This document shows, in pieces, positions 30,167 to 39,504 of a DNA stretch of 64,000 nt. Source of the DNA: a virus. A program made the position numbers and the translations under genes. Positions within the stretch are counted from its first letter, which is position 1; each line of letters begins with the position of its first letter. The DNA lies in IMG/VR virus record IMGVR_UViG_3300021197_001635, positions 72,013-136,012 of that record. The stretch is one strand, 5' to 3'. The notes under the pieces are model-generated. The model worked only from the letters and a program-made list of their open reading frames with translations. It searched no databases and was not told the origin of the DNA.

Positions 30167-31129
30167 ATGAAATCGTTCAAAGATCTTAGAAATAAAATAT
30201 CCAAAGTGTTGTCGGAGCATCACGATGGTAACGGAATGGGTCTGCAAGTCCCAAACATGAATGCACCATACGCATCTGACGGTGGAGTAAACATGTTCAT
30301 GGTTGAAGACCCAGAAGTCTTAAATAGACTCAACCTAGCACTCAAGAACGTCCTAGAGTCTTCTAGAGGTGCAAGCACCAATACTCAGATGGTAGCAATC
30401 AAGACGGCATTAGTTCAATGTGGACTTGACTTCGATACCTCTGAAATCACCATATCAGAGTCAGAAGGTGGATCCCAAGAATTGCAGTTAAAGCAGTTTG
30501 GTGGAAGAACTGGCATGACTCCTGAAGAAGGATTCGTCGATGATGATGGCATCTCCCATAGGAACGATGGTAAGGGCATGGTAGTTAGAATCGAGATGAA
30601 GGTAGACAATGGATCTAAGGATATCAGTGCCGTGGTTATGCCTAAGGCAATGTCTGAGTCCTTTATATTTGAATCACCTATGGGGATGGGTGGTATGGGT
30701 ATGGGTGCTCAGCAAATAAATCAACCACAGCAGAAACCTAAGCCTCTAGGTTTGGGTAAGGGAGACACACGGCTTACACCACCTGCGGATGATAATGCAG
30801 TTGATTGGGACGCGTGGTATGAGGAATGGTTAGAAAATAATGGTGGTAATGCCAGCTATTGGGGTCAACTAGGTAACTTCTGGGATTATACTGGTCTCGG
30901 TCCCCCATCTTGGGCAGAATTAGTGGGTGTATCACAAGGAAACCCCGACTTTAATTGGGGAACTTTCCTACAAAACTTCTCAGATAACTTCCCTGCAGTA
31001 GACGATATTGTAGAAACAACCATGTTTGGTAATCCAGCATTTCTCATGGGATTTGTGAGCGGTGGAGGTTTCGGATTCTATTATGACCAAGATGCTGGTC
31101 AATGGGTCATAAACGATTTCGGTGGCTGA
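30167..31129 (+). CDS. Leader-bearing protein with W/D/G-rich C-terminal module
   Basis: MKSFKDLR..LSEH; MSESFIFESPMGMGG linker. Confidence 0.7.
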   Translation: MKSFKDLRNKISKVLSEHHDGNGMGLQVPNMNAPYASDGGVNMFMVEDPEVLNRLNLALKNVLESSRGASTNTQMVAIKTALVQCGLDFDTSEITISESEGGSQELQLKQFGGRTGMTPEEGFVDDDGISHRNDGKGMVVRIEMKVDNGSKDISAVVMPKAMSESFIFESPMGMGGMGMGAQQINQPQQKPKPLGLGKGDTRLTPPADDNAVDWDAWYEEWLENNGGNASYWGQLGNFWDYTGLGPPSWAELVGVSQGNPDFNWGTFLQNFSDNFPAVDDIVETTMFGNPAFLMGFVSGGGFGFYYDQDAGQWVINDFGG

Positions 31130-31160
31130 TAATCCCTGATATAAAAGAGAATTTTTGTTA

Positions 31161-31556
31161 ATGAAGAATTTTGAAACATTGAACTCTGGTAATTATATGA
31201 TGTTTGCCATGAAGAATTATGACAATCCTCAGTGCTTAGACATGGATGAATTCAACGCAGATCTCAATAGGATAAAATACCTTAAGAGATTGTTCAGAAG
31301 ATACCATACTACTGAGGATTTAAAGGAAAGATTGATACTTAATCACCTGATCATATTATATAATGTTTTTGGCATTATACCCGCGACCAGACTCCTATTT
31401 CATAGAATGGACGTTGAGTACCATTCACTGCTGAAGACTTTTATAGTATTTTTGAACTTCTTGCCCGAGCTTGACAGAGTAAACGAGATTAGAGAAGCGG
31501 ATTTGATTTCCATACCGCTTGACCAAAAGGTAATAAAGACACTAAGGAAGATCTGA
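31161..31556 (+). CDS. Conserved T4-like hypothetical protein
   Basis: FAMKNYDNPQC..EF..DL.RIKYLKRLF..ERLILNH.I.LYNVFG. Confidence 0.8.
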   Translation: MKNFETLNSGNYMMFAMKNYDNPQCLDMDEFNADLNRIKYLKRLFRRYHTTEDLKERLILNHLIILYNVFGIIPATRLLFHRMDVEYHSLLKTFIVFLNFLPELDRVNEIREADLISIPLDQKVIKTLRKI

Positions 31557-31558
31557 AC

Positions 31559-32128
31559 ATGGCTGGAGCACTTGACATTTTTGTTGCCTACAAGTTCATA
31601 AAGATCTTGACCACCCCTTATAAAAAGACCAAGGCCTATCAACTGGGAATAATTGGCGACAAAGGACAGATCTTAAAAAAGAGGAAAGATCTGAAATCTG
31701 GAGAGAAGCAGCACTACACTGCTATCCATGGTCTAATATGGAATCTCAAGAAGAAAATATTAGATAAATTGCCTCCGACTAGGACCAGATTGGGATCTTT
31801 TGCCACTGGTCTATGGCTGCTTAAAGAAGAACTCAGTATGACTGACTCCAGTCTGATTGAAGATACTTTCCTTGAGCATATTGGAGAGGAGAGGGTCACC
31901 CTCAACGAGATGTTCTCCAACGCAACCAGCAAGAGTATCAAAAAGGGCGATTACATCATTAAAGAAGGATGCACCCCAGCATATGATTTCGTGAAGCCAG
32001 GGGATCTGATCAATATAAATAATACCAGATCGATTGCCAATATACTGGGAACACCCATATACGAAGGCACACACAAACTGACCAACGAAAGGGTGGTTAT
32101 AACAAATGAAGAACTTCTCAGAATTTAG
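31559..32128 (+). CDS. Conserved T4-like hypothetical protein
   Basis: D.FVAYKFIKILTTP...AY.LGII..KG. Confidence 0.75.
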   Translation: MAGALDIFVAYKFIKILTTPYKKTKAYQLGIIGDKGQILKKRKDLKSGEKQHYTAIHGLIWNLKKKILDKLPPTRTRLGSFATGLWLLKEELSMTDSSLIEDTFLEHIGEERVTLNEMFSNATSKSIKKGDYIIKEGCTPAYDFVKPGDLININNTRSIANILGTPIYEGTHKLTNERVVITNEELLRI

Positions 32129-33746
32129 AAAAGAATTAGGTGAGGCTAGAATCGCCAGAGGCTACAGGTCTGGTGGTATGCCCACTGGGGATGACAGAGC
32201 ATCTGATGATAAGCCCCTCCTTATCTGGTTGGACAAGTTAGAGAGAGAACTGAAGAAATTCAGAAAGACCTATGCCAACGTAGATTCAGTAGATGCTGTG
32301 AAGCTCTATAATAGAGGTGTGATTCCTAGACAGGCTGCTAAAGATCTGCTTAGTGGAAAAGAGATCAAAGAAGAGACTCTACACTGGGAAAAGATGGGCG
32401 ATGACGAGAAGCAAGAGATTGTTAAAGGCGCTGGACTTCCCAAGAGGATGTCCAATGATGCTTGGAAAGAATTGGATAGACGTGCCAAGGAGAAGCTGGG
32501 CAAGTATATCAACAAAACCACTGGTGGTGAATTTAATCTTAAAGAGAACGTTGATGAAGCACGCAGTAGGAGTGGGCGTGGAGTTCCAGCACCTCTCCCC
32601 AAGGCAACCAATTTCGCTATAAGAATGCCCATCAAAGATAAGAAGCATGACACTGAGCTTGCAAAAATTGTTGGTGCTGAGACAGACAGTAAAGGCATGG
32701 TTCAGAGTGGACAAAAGCAAGGGGACACATACGTCTTCTACTTCAAGAATGCTAGAGACAGAACCAGATTCAGAGACAAGTATCTAAGAAATGAAGATGC
32801 ACCACCAGTTAATACAGGTGGGGTGTCTGGTTTGACACCAGACACAGTTGGTGTCAGAAAGAAGAAGAAGAGAAGGCGACATAACGATACCCACAACCCC
32901 GTCTTGTTTGACATGGCAAGAAGGAATGAGTCTGTCGAACTAGATGAGGCGATGGATCACAACAAGCGACATAAAGAGGCATTAAAACTGATTAAGATGA
33001 TCGGTGGCAATAATTGGATAGACTCTTTCGGCGACATGGTGAAGAGCAGACCTAACCCATCAATAGATCCCAATGATTCTAAACCTGTCGACTATATGCA
33101 AGACAGAGGCAGGGGAGAATGGGATTTCGCGATTAGAGCAGACGGTTCCGTTGAGTACAACCACCTTGGAAGGTCTGGTAAATCCAATAGCATTGCGGGT
33201 TTTAAGAAGCACGTGTCTATCTTCAAAGAGTCTGTCGAGCTTGATGAAGTTACACGGATAGCTGTAGACAAAGAATTCAATAAGGTGACCCGTTCTGGAA
33301 AAATGGACACGATGGCTGCAACTCGCCATATCGAGAAAAAATTCGGTATCAAGGATGTAAAAATACAGAAAGATAGGAATGGCAAGACACATGTCACCTC
33401 TTTCTTAGAAGAGGGAAGATTAGAGAAATCCCTAAGAATGATAAGAAATGGAGATGAGGCCCCAGCATTCCATAAAGAGTATTGTGGTCATCCAGTTTTC
33501 AAGGTGTCTGAACAAGAATTTGGTAACTGTAAGAGCAGACGGAGAAAAGGTGATAAATGGGGTAAATATTTCGACGGAGAGTCGCCCAATCTTGAATCCA
33601 TCAGGAAGTATTCGCTCAAGAACCCCAATAGACCACTAGTTATTCAAAACGAGGTGACTGGGCAGATGTCAATCTTCAGAAGAAGACTTAATGACGGAAG
33701 ACTCAAGCACAATAAGAAAAATAAAAAGATGATGGGCGGATATTGA
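32106..33746 (+). CDS. Multi-module putative head polyprotein (MKNFSEF..LGEA leader)
   Basis: Several (I/L/V)xE(A) sites including two ESVELDE. Confidence 0.7.
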   Translation: MKNFSEFRKELGEARIARGYRSGGMPTGDDRASDDKPLLIWLDKLERELKKFRKTYANVDSVDAVKLYNRGVIPRQAAKDLLSGKEIKEETLHWEKMGDDEKQEIVKGAGLPKRMSNDAWKELDRRAKEKLGKYINKTTGGEFNLKENVDEARSRSGRGVPAPLPKATNFAIRMPIKDKKHDTELAKIVGAETDSKGMVQSGQKQGDTYVFYFKNARDRTRFRDKYLRNEDAPPVNTGGVSGLTPDTVGVRKKKKRRRHNDTHNPVLFDMARRNESVELDEAMDHNKRHKEALKLIKMIGGNNWIDSFGDMVKSRPNPSIDPNDSKPVDYMQDRGRGEWDFAIRADGSVEYNHLGRSGKSNSIAGFKKHVSIFKESVELDEVTRIAVDKEFNKVTRSGKMDTMAATRHIEKKFGIKDVKIQKDRNGKTHVTSFLEEGRLEKSLRMIRNGDEAPAFHKEYCGHPVFKVSEQEFGNCKSRRRKGDKWGKYFDGESPNLESIRKYSLKNPNRPLVIQNEVTGQMSIFRRRLNDGRLKHNKKNKKMMGGY

Positions 33747-33818
33747 TGAAAAGTCTGGTCATGACAACATTGATGACTTTGCTAATGAGCAGTGGATTGA
33801 TTGCATCGGAGACTAATT

Positions 33819-34736
33819 ATGAAATCAATAATGGCAGTGACCATACTACTATCTTCTCTATTATGCATGACGGCATGCGTGACTACACGGGGTATAGATT
33901 CCCATCCAGAGAACACAGCATCCACGGTCGTGGACAGTGTAAGAGAGCAGAAAGAGCAGACAGAAGAGATAACGGATGCCTCAAACGAAATAAGTGGGAG
34001 TCTGGAGAAGATAGACAACCACGCAGATTCGATTTTAGACGAGATAGCACTTGCCCCAGAGGATCGGGACCCAAGCATCGACCCAACATTGAACTCGATA
34101 GAGGATTCAGCGGAGTCGATCAAGGAAGAGGTAGATTCGGCCCAGAAGGAGCAGGTGAGGATAGACGAGGCATTAGAGGACCTAGAATCCGCAAATGCAA
34201 GGGTATCCGCTGCCGTAGGTCAAATAAAGCAGTTAGAAGATCTGGTAGCAGACTACGAGCAATCCGATAGGGAAGTTCGTAAAGAAGCACTAGAGAACCT
34301 ACATAGTTTCATCACCCTATTCTTCGTGATAGGGTTTGGTATGCTTATTGGTGGTGCATTCCTAACATTCTGGGTGAATAGTAAACTGGGTGGTGTAGTC
34401 TTAGCAATAGGTGTTCTTACCGTTGGGTTCGCAGCCGCATCACAATATTACCTTGAAGAGATAGCGGTGGTCGGTCTTATTGTGTTGATAATAGGATTCT
34501 TAGCATCTTTAGGTGTGGTAGGATGGATGCTAATCGATGGTAGGAACGATAAGAAGGCGATTGCCGAGATAGTGGAATTGATTGAAGAGACTAAGGACCA
34601 TCTGACACTGGAAGAGAGACAAGAAATCTTCGGTCGCGATGGTTTCGCCTCTAGGATGACCAGTGACTTGACCAAGAAGATAATAGCACAGGTCAAGATT
34701 AAGAACGGCTTCAAAAACCTAACGAGACATAAATAA
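33819..34736 (+). CDS. Lipoprotein with long coiled coil and C-terminal TM helices
   Basis: Lipobox-like CMTA-C, heptads, three hydrophobic segments; GGAGA SD. Confidence 0.7.
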   Translation: MKSIMAVTILLSSLLCMTACVTTRGIDSHPENTASTVVDSVREQKEQTEEITDASNEISGSLEKIDNHADSILDEIALAPEDRDPSIDPTLNSIEDSAESIKEEVDSAQKEQVRIDEALEDLESANARVSAAVGQIKQLEDLVADYEQSDREVRKEALENLHSFITLFFVIGFGMLIGGAFLTFWVNSKLGGVVLAIGVLTVGFAAASQYYLEEIAVVGLIVLIIGFLASLGVVGWMLIDGRNDKKAIAEIVELIEETKDHLTLEERQEIFGRDGFASRMTSDLTKKIIAQVKIKNGFKNLTRHK

Positions 34737-34770
34737 GAAAACTAACCGACCCTTTAGAGGAACCTAACTC

Positions 34771-35142
34771 ATGCCAGACAAAACACCCAATGACAAGATA
34801 AAGAGCCTAGTAGAGGCTGCCAGTATGATTACTAGAGGCATGCCACCAAAACAGAGTGGTATGATGACTGGAATGTCACCTGCTGGTGACCGTGGTCAGA
34901 CTAGAAGCGGTGGCGACGGCGACGCACCACCAGAAGACAAAGAACCTGACTTCCCTCCACCAAGACCTGCAAAGGATTATAAAGATAAAGAAGACCTTGA
35001 AGGACGACCCATTCCCGAAAACGAATGGATAGATTATTGGTGGAATACTGGTCAAGGACCTTTCGGTCCAGGCGGTGGTATGTATCAACTGCACCAGAAA
35101 GAGTTCGACAAACTGGGTAGGGGTGGTTGGATAATGCTTTAG
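34771..35142 (+). CDS. Low-complexity putative internal protein
   Basis: NDKIKSLVEAA resembles the NDNIKSLTEA leader; M/G linker; W-rich tail. Confidence 0.6.
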   Translation: MPDKTPNDKIKSLVEAASMITRGMPPKQSGMMTGMSPAGDRGQTRSGGDGDAPPEDKEPDFPPPRPAKDYKDKEDLEGRPIPENEWIDYWWNTGQGPFGPGGGMYQLHQKEFDKLGRGGWIML

Positions 35143-35693
35143 GGATTTAAGACGTTAAAATACAAATACTTGCAGATGAAGTAGGCATCCACGATATCAC
35201 TGACTGGATTGCCTACTTTTTCTCTTTTTGGGGTCAACTCTTCATGCAGGTTGATTCCTGTCTCGCTGACCCATGCATCATGCATCTTGTCTTTGGTGGC
35301 AGCCCCACTGCCCGTGGCAAATTTCTTCACCTGTGGGGGAGTGACAGTCCCGAATTTGGTGTCTGAACTCCACAACTTATGTTTAAGAAGACCCGTATTC
35401 TCTGCCACGTCAAATACCCTACCAGTGGCAGCGAAAGCATATCCTTCTAGGAGAACGTGGTCGAACATCATTACCCTCTTCATCGCCCAATGGGATATTC
35501 TTTCAAATCTCTCTTCTTGGCATTTATACTCCTTAATAGAGCAACCCTGAATAGATCCGTTCAGGTGCTTACATGCCAGTCTCTTAGTTTTGGTAAGGAA
35601 GTAGAAGTTGCAGTTCTTGATATCCCATTTGTCACCTATATGGGTGCAAATTGCTGGACTAGTCATACTGTAATCAATGCCTGCTATTCTCAT
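35139..35693 (-). CDS. RuvC-like Holliday junction resolvase/nuclease
   Basis: AGIDYSMTSPA, LEGYAF, AENTGLLK, VKKFATG.G.A.KD.M, DIVDAYFI. Confidence 0.75.
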   Translation of the reverse strand: MRIAGIDYSMTSPAICTHIGDKWDIKNCNFYFLTKTKRLACKHLNGSIQGCSIKEYKCQEERFERISHWAMKRVMMFDHVLLEGYAFAATGRVFDVAENTGLLKHKLWSSDTKFGTVTPPQVKKFATGSGAATKDKMHDAWVSETGINLHEELTPKREKVGNPVSDIVDAYFICKYLYFNVLNP

Positions 35694-35812
35694 ATATTAT
35701 TTATTAAGGCTATTGGGCTGCTTACAATACTGATTTCCCTATCATCACCCCTATCACGAAACCCATCACAACTGTGATCATGCCCGCTGGGGTTTGAATC
35801 AATTCCATTTTT

Positions 35813-36574
35813 CTAGATACCCAATATACTATTTCTTCTTTCATTCTTAATTTCCTCTTCGATCCAATCATAGACAATATCTACTCTAGTAGCAGAGTTT
35901 TCATAAATCATGTCTTTATACATGCTAAATGCGGATATAATACCTACGACGTAAAAGTCGCCGTCAATAAGCATAAACAATGGTCCACCCGAGTCTCCGA
36001 ACCATACAGAGCCTCCTATGGGAAGCATCTTAAGGTTGGTAGGTTCGCTTTCTAGTGTGCCGTAATAGAAAAGGGTGTCTAGTTTGCTTCTCTTTTTGAA
36101 CCCTCTGGAATATCCGACAGATACTATTGGTGTGCCCTTCATGGTATCAACCAGCGATTTGGAGTTAATATTGGAAGGTCTTATCCCACGCACATAGGTG
36201 TCTAGGAATATAATAGCCACGTCGTGTTCTATTTTCAAAAATGCACTATACTCAGGATGCTTTAGGGAGCACTTAATACTATACAACTCGTCCCCGAATT
36301 GTACAAAAGACTCATCATTCCTGATGCAGTGGGCAGCAGTTAATACCACGTCTTCTTCAATCAGCACTACGGAACATTTAGGACGCAAGTCGTCATCCAA
36401 TAATCTACCCACTGATGGGAATTCGCCCTCAGATATGGTGACAAACCCTTCTACATTGGGTGTTACTTCTATTTTTGGTGGGGGTGGACTTTCTGTCTTG
36501 GGTGGAACCACTTTAGTGGCACACCCTGCTGCACATAACAAAATAGCTGATAGATGAACTATCTTTCTTAACAT
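35813..36574 (-). CDS. Trypsin-like serine protease, predicted lipoprotein
   Basis: LTAAHC, HDVAI, GDSGGP; lipobox CAAG-C. Confidence 0.88.
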   Translation of the reverse strand: MLRKIVHLSAILLCAAGCATKVVPPKTESPPPPKIEVTPNVEGFVTISEGEFPSVGRLLDDDLRPKCSVVLIEEDVVLTAAHCIRNDESFVQFGDELYSIKCSLKHPEYSAFLKIEHDVAIIFLDTYVRGIRPSNINSKSLVDTMKGTPIVSVGYSRGFKKRSKLDTLFYYGTLESEPTNLKMLPIGGSVWFGDSGGPLFMLIDGDFYVVGIISAFSMYKDMIYENSATRVDIVYDWIEEEIKNERRNSILGI

Positions 36575-36582
36575 GTCCTCTT

Positions 36583-36590
36583 TATTTATA
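36583..36590 (-). promoter_or_regulatory. T4-type late promoter TATAAATA
   Basis: TATTTATA on + just upstream of the protease gene. Confidence 0.6.
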
Positions 36591-36612
36591 AGAACCAGAG
36601 GTTCCAGCCATA

Positions 36613-36685
36613 CCCCTTCCTGATATCAAGAAGGCATATACCACCCCTTGTATATCTCCTAGGGGGTATACCACCCGTTGTATAT
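36613..36685. repeat. Element copy 2 (shared with 6611-6701)
   Basis: CCCCTTCCTGATATCA..ATACCACCCCTTGTATATCTCCTAGGGGGTATACCACCCGTTGTATAT. Confidence 0.9.
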
Positions 36686-36741
36686 ACCCTAACGTGACCC
36701 TAACGTCATGTTAAGGTTTTGTTTAGATACTAGGCAATATA

Positions 36742-36770
36742 TTGACAGATAGGCTAGCCTGTGGTACAAT
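36742..36770 (+). promoter_or_regulatory. Early sigma70-type promoter
   Basis: TTGACA-17-TACAAT with TG extension. Confidence 0.85.
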
Positions 36771-36811
36771 GGGTTATAAGGTTGGGGATCGTCCCACCCA
36801 TTTCAGGAGAT

Positions 36812-38191
36812 ATGCCCAATATGGCAACAAAGCAATCAATCAAGGCACGCGAAGACTTCATCAAGGCGATGAAGGATGCGGGTCTTTCTGGCATCGTGAC
36901 CAGAAGTCAGATCAAGGATCTTTGCAAGAGCACTGGCATCTATGCCTGTCCTCCTTCTTGGATCTCACAGGACCATTCTCGCCGAACTGGTGTTGTCGGT
37001 GAATACATCATGCCAGAGCTTGATGATGCCCCAGCACCAAAGGCAGCACCAGTTGCCACTGCCACTGCCACCATCCCCAGTGGAGAGGTGAAGACTGCAG
37101 ACACCTGCAGTGCTACTATGGCACTCGCCATGACTGGTGGTGCAAGTGAGTCCCTCGTGCCCGATAAGATCGACACCTACGTCCAGTGGGGTCACTTCAA
37201 GGACATCGAGACGATCATTCGCACCAAGATGTTCTACCCTTGCTTCATCACTGGTCTCTCTGGCAACGGCAAGACCACCATGGTCGATCAGGTCTGTGCG
37301 AAGCTCAGACGCGAGCTGTTCCGAGTGAATATCACCACGCAGACTGATGAAGATGATCTGCTGGGTGGGTTCCGCCTCATCAATGGCGAGACCATCTGGA
37401 CTGATGGTCCCGTGGTCAGAGCGATGAAGCAGGGTGGGATTCTTCTTCTGGACGAGATCGACCTTGCGTCACATGCGATCATGTGTCTCCAGCCTGTGCT
37501 GGAAGGCAAGGGTGTCTTCCTCAAGAAGATTGGTCAGTGGGTCAAGCCCGCGCCTGGTTTCCAGATTTTCGCTACTGCCAATACCAAGGGCAAGGGTAGC
37601 GACGACGGTCGATTCATTGGTACGAATGTCCTCAATGAGGCATTCCTTGACCGATTCTCCGTGTGCTACGAGCAGGAATATGCTCCGAAGTCCACCGAGC
37701 AGAAGATCCTCACCAAGGCGATGCAGTCGCTCGGCTGCGAGGACAAGGAGTTCACCAAGAATCTGGTTACTTGGGCAGATATGATCCGCAAGTGCTACTA
37801 TGAAGATGCGGTTGATGAGATCATCACTACTCGACGCCTGGTCAATGTCGCTACGGCATTCTCCATCTTTGGTGATCGTGCCAAGGCAATCGAAATGGCA
37901 GTCACCCGATTTGATGACTCCACCAAGGAAGCCTTCCTCACGATGTATGGCAAGATTGATGCCAAGGTGGACATGTCGGATGCTGAAGATCAGCCTGATC
38001 CCAGCACTGCTGTCCGATTTAACCTCAGTTGCAGCTACGACGACAAGGATGAGGCTAAGCGTGCGGGTGCTCAGTGGGATAAGAAGACCAAGACTTGGTG
38101 GATCACTGGGGACGAGTACAGGAATAATCCCACGACATGGGACAAGTGGAGTCCAGCCCCAGTTGCTGACCTCCAAGAATGCCCGTTCTGA
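36812..38191 (+). CDS. MoxR/CobS-like AAA+ ATPase with C-terminal DUF5710-like domain
   Basis: GLSGNGKT, LLLDEID, TANTKGKG, NEAFLDRF, TTRRLV; SYDDKDEAK..GAQWD..KTWW. Confidence 0.9.
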   Translation: MPNMATKQSIKAREDFIKAMKDAGLSGIVTRSQIKDLCKSTGIYACPPSWISQDHSRRTGVVGEYIMPELDDAPAPKAAPVATATATIPSGEVKTADTCSATMALAMTGGASESLVPDKIDTYVQWGHFKDIETIIRTKMFYPCFITGLSGNGKTTMVDQVCAKLRRELFRVNITTQTDEDDLLGGFRLINGETIWTDGPVVRAMKQGGILLLDEIDLASHAIMCLQPVLEGKGVFLKKIGQWVKPAPGFQIFATANTKGKGSDDGRFIGTNVLNEAFLDRFSVCYEQEYAPKSTEQKILTKAMQSLGCEDKEFTKNLVTWADMIRKCYYEDAVDEIITTRRLVNVATAFSIFGDRAKAIEMAVTRFDDSTKEAFLTMYGKIDAKVDMSDAEDQPDPSTAVRFNLSCSYDDKDEAKRAGAQWDKKTKTWWITGDEYRNNPTTWDKWSPAPVADLQECPF

Positions 38192-38199
38192 ACAGGGCC

Positions 38200-38228
38200 T
38201 TGACAGAAGTAAGGAGCCATGGTACAAT
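38200..38228 (+). promoter_or_regulatory. Early sigma70-type promoter
   Basis: TTGACA-17-TACAAT. Confidence 0.85.
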
Positions 38229-38366
38229 GGGTGCTATGAAAGAATTTTTGATGTGGTGTGAGGAAAATGGTCATTGTGAATGGTCTGACCTCAAGGATGA
38301 TTGGGTATGGTCTACGGGCAAGACCCAATCCGAGTTGATGAGCGAATGGACCAAGGAGATCCGCAA

Positions 38367-38687
38367 GTGAAAATCGTCGTTGAGCAGGAGTACGGCTTTC
38401 GTTACTGGTTATGGGAGGTCAAAGCAAGCTCCCGTACTGGAGTCAAGGGATACTTCCGCAAGCAGACAGCCGATCGTGGCGATCAATGGTATTGCACTGG
38501 GAATCCAGAGGATCACCTGACTATCGGTGAGTGGAAGAAGATCAGCTATGACGACTACAAGACTATGGTCGACAGCGGTGAATACGATGCTCACGCCCAT
38601 ATTCATCAGGGAGACGACAGCCATCTGGTCTTCAAGGAAGAGATTGAACGTTTGGGTGGTATTGATTCGGAAGAGGTGATTTTATGA
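38367..38687 (+). CDS. Hypothetical early protein
   Basis: GTG start after AAGGAG; packed operon. Confidence 0.55.
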   Translation: MKIVVEQEYGFRYWLWEVKASSRTGVKGYFRKQTADRGDQWYCTGNPEDHLTIGEWKKISYDDYKTMVDSGEYDAHAHIHQGDDSHLVFKEEIERLGGIDSEEVIL

Positions 38688-38837
38688 AACACGACGATTT
38701 TGATACGCAGATCCAATGTGAAGAGCTATACGGTTCAGAGGAACTGTTGCTCGATGAAGGCGGCATTACTGCCGCAGGTTATGAGCTGCTAGCCGATAGG
38801 GATGCAGCAAGAGAATTGATTTGAAAGGTAAAATGAT

Positions 38838-39158
38838 ATGAGTAGTTACAACGAATTGAGCAGCAAGAGACAAATGTATATTGAAGCCATCGTGAAGCAT
38901 GGTGGAGATTTGGGAATCGACGTCACGAAGACGCAGTACAATAGGACTGAACTGCGATCGATCTCGATGACACATAAGGGCAAGAAGTGGATCCCCAATT
39001 GGATCACCCATGACAAGGATCGTCGTGCTGGAGTTGGTGTCTTCTTCATTCCTGAGGTACGAGACTATTATGGTCTGCATGTCGGATTCGAGCCTGAGAC
39101 AGACGAAGGGGTCGATTTCGATTCGGTGGTAGAGACCGCCGATACAGCAGGGGTCTGA
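38838..39158 (+). CDS. Stand-alone paralog of the AAA ATPase N-terminal domain
   Basis: R.ELR....IPNWITHDKDRRAGVGVFFIPEV versus RSQIK....PPSWISQDHSRRTGVVGEYIMPEL. Confidence 0.7.
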   Translation: MSSYNELSSKRQMYIEAIVKHGGDLGIDVTKTQYNRTELRSISMTHKGKKWIPNWITHDKDRRAGVGVFFIPEVRDYYGLHVGFEPETDEGVDFDSVVETADTAGV

Positions 39159-39171
39159 GCACCCCTGTAAG

Positions 39172-39244
39172 GGGCTGGTAGCTCAGCGGTTAGAGCACCC
39201 GACTCATAATCGGTTAGTCGTCGGTTCGAATCCGACCCAGCCTA
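39172..39244 (+). tRNA. tRNA with CAU anticodon (probably Ile2; Met not excluded)
   Basis: GGGCTGG/CCAGCCT, CGA-CT-CAT-AA-TCG arm resembling bacterial tRNA-Ile2. Confidence 0.85.
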
Positions 39245-39258
39245 TTTTGGAGAAAAAA

Positions 39259-39504
39259 ATGGAAACCACACAGAAGCAAGTAAACGAATTTCTCGACCAA
39301 CTTCGGATCGCAGGTAAGACCAATATGTTTGGTGCGGTTCCTTACCTTCAAAAGAGATTCGGAATCAACAAGTACGATGCACACAGATTTCTGGTGAATT
39401 GGATGGCTATCGTTTCACAGGATGAATGGGATAGTATGAAGGGTGTTCTTGAAGACAGACTGGTCAAAGAGGCAGAAGAGGAGGCAGAGAATGAATCCAG
39501 ATGA
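39259..39504 (+). CDS. Conserved phage hypothetical protein
   Basis: FLDQLR..G.TNMFGA.PYL motif. Confidence 0.7.
   Translation: METTQKQVNEFLDQLRIAGKTNMFGAVPYLQKRFGINKYDAHRFLVNWMAIVSQDEWDSMKGVLEDRLVKEAEEEAENESR

Noticed and set aside
33743-34270. 175-aa overlapping ORF as a nested Rz1-like gene
   Set aside because: No lipobox Cys; the Arg-rich sequence is typical of an off-frame shadow of the acidic coiled-coil gene.
36812-38191. cobS as a cobalamin-biosynthesis auxiliary gene (tempting given the B12-dependent NrdJ)
   Set aside because: Phage CobS-like proteins are generic MoxR AAA ATPases; there is no cobN or other cob gene here.
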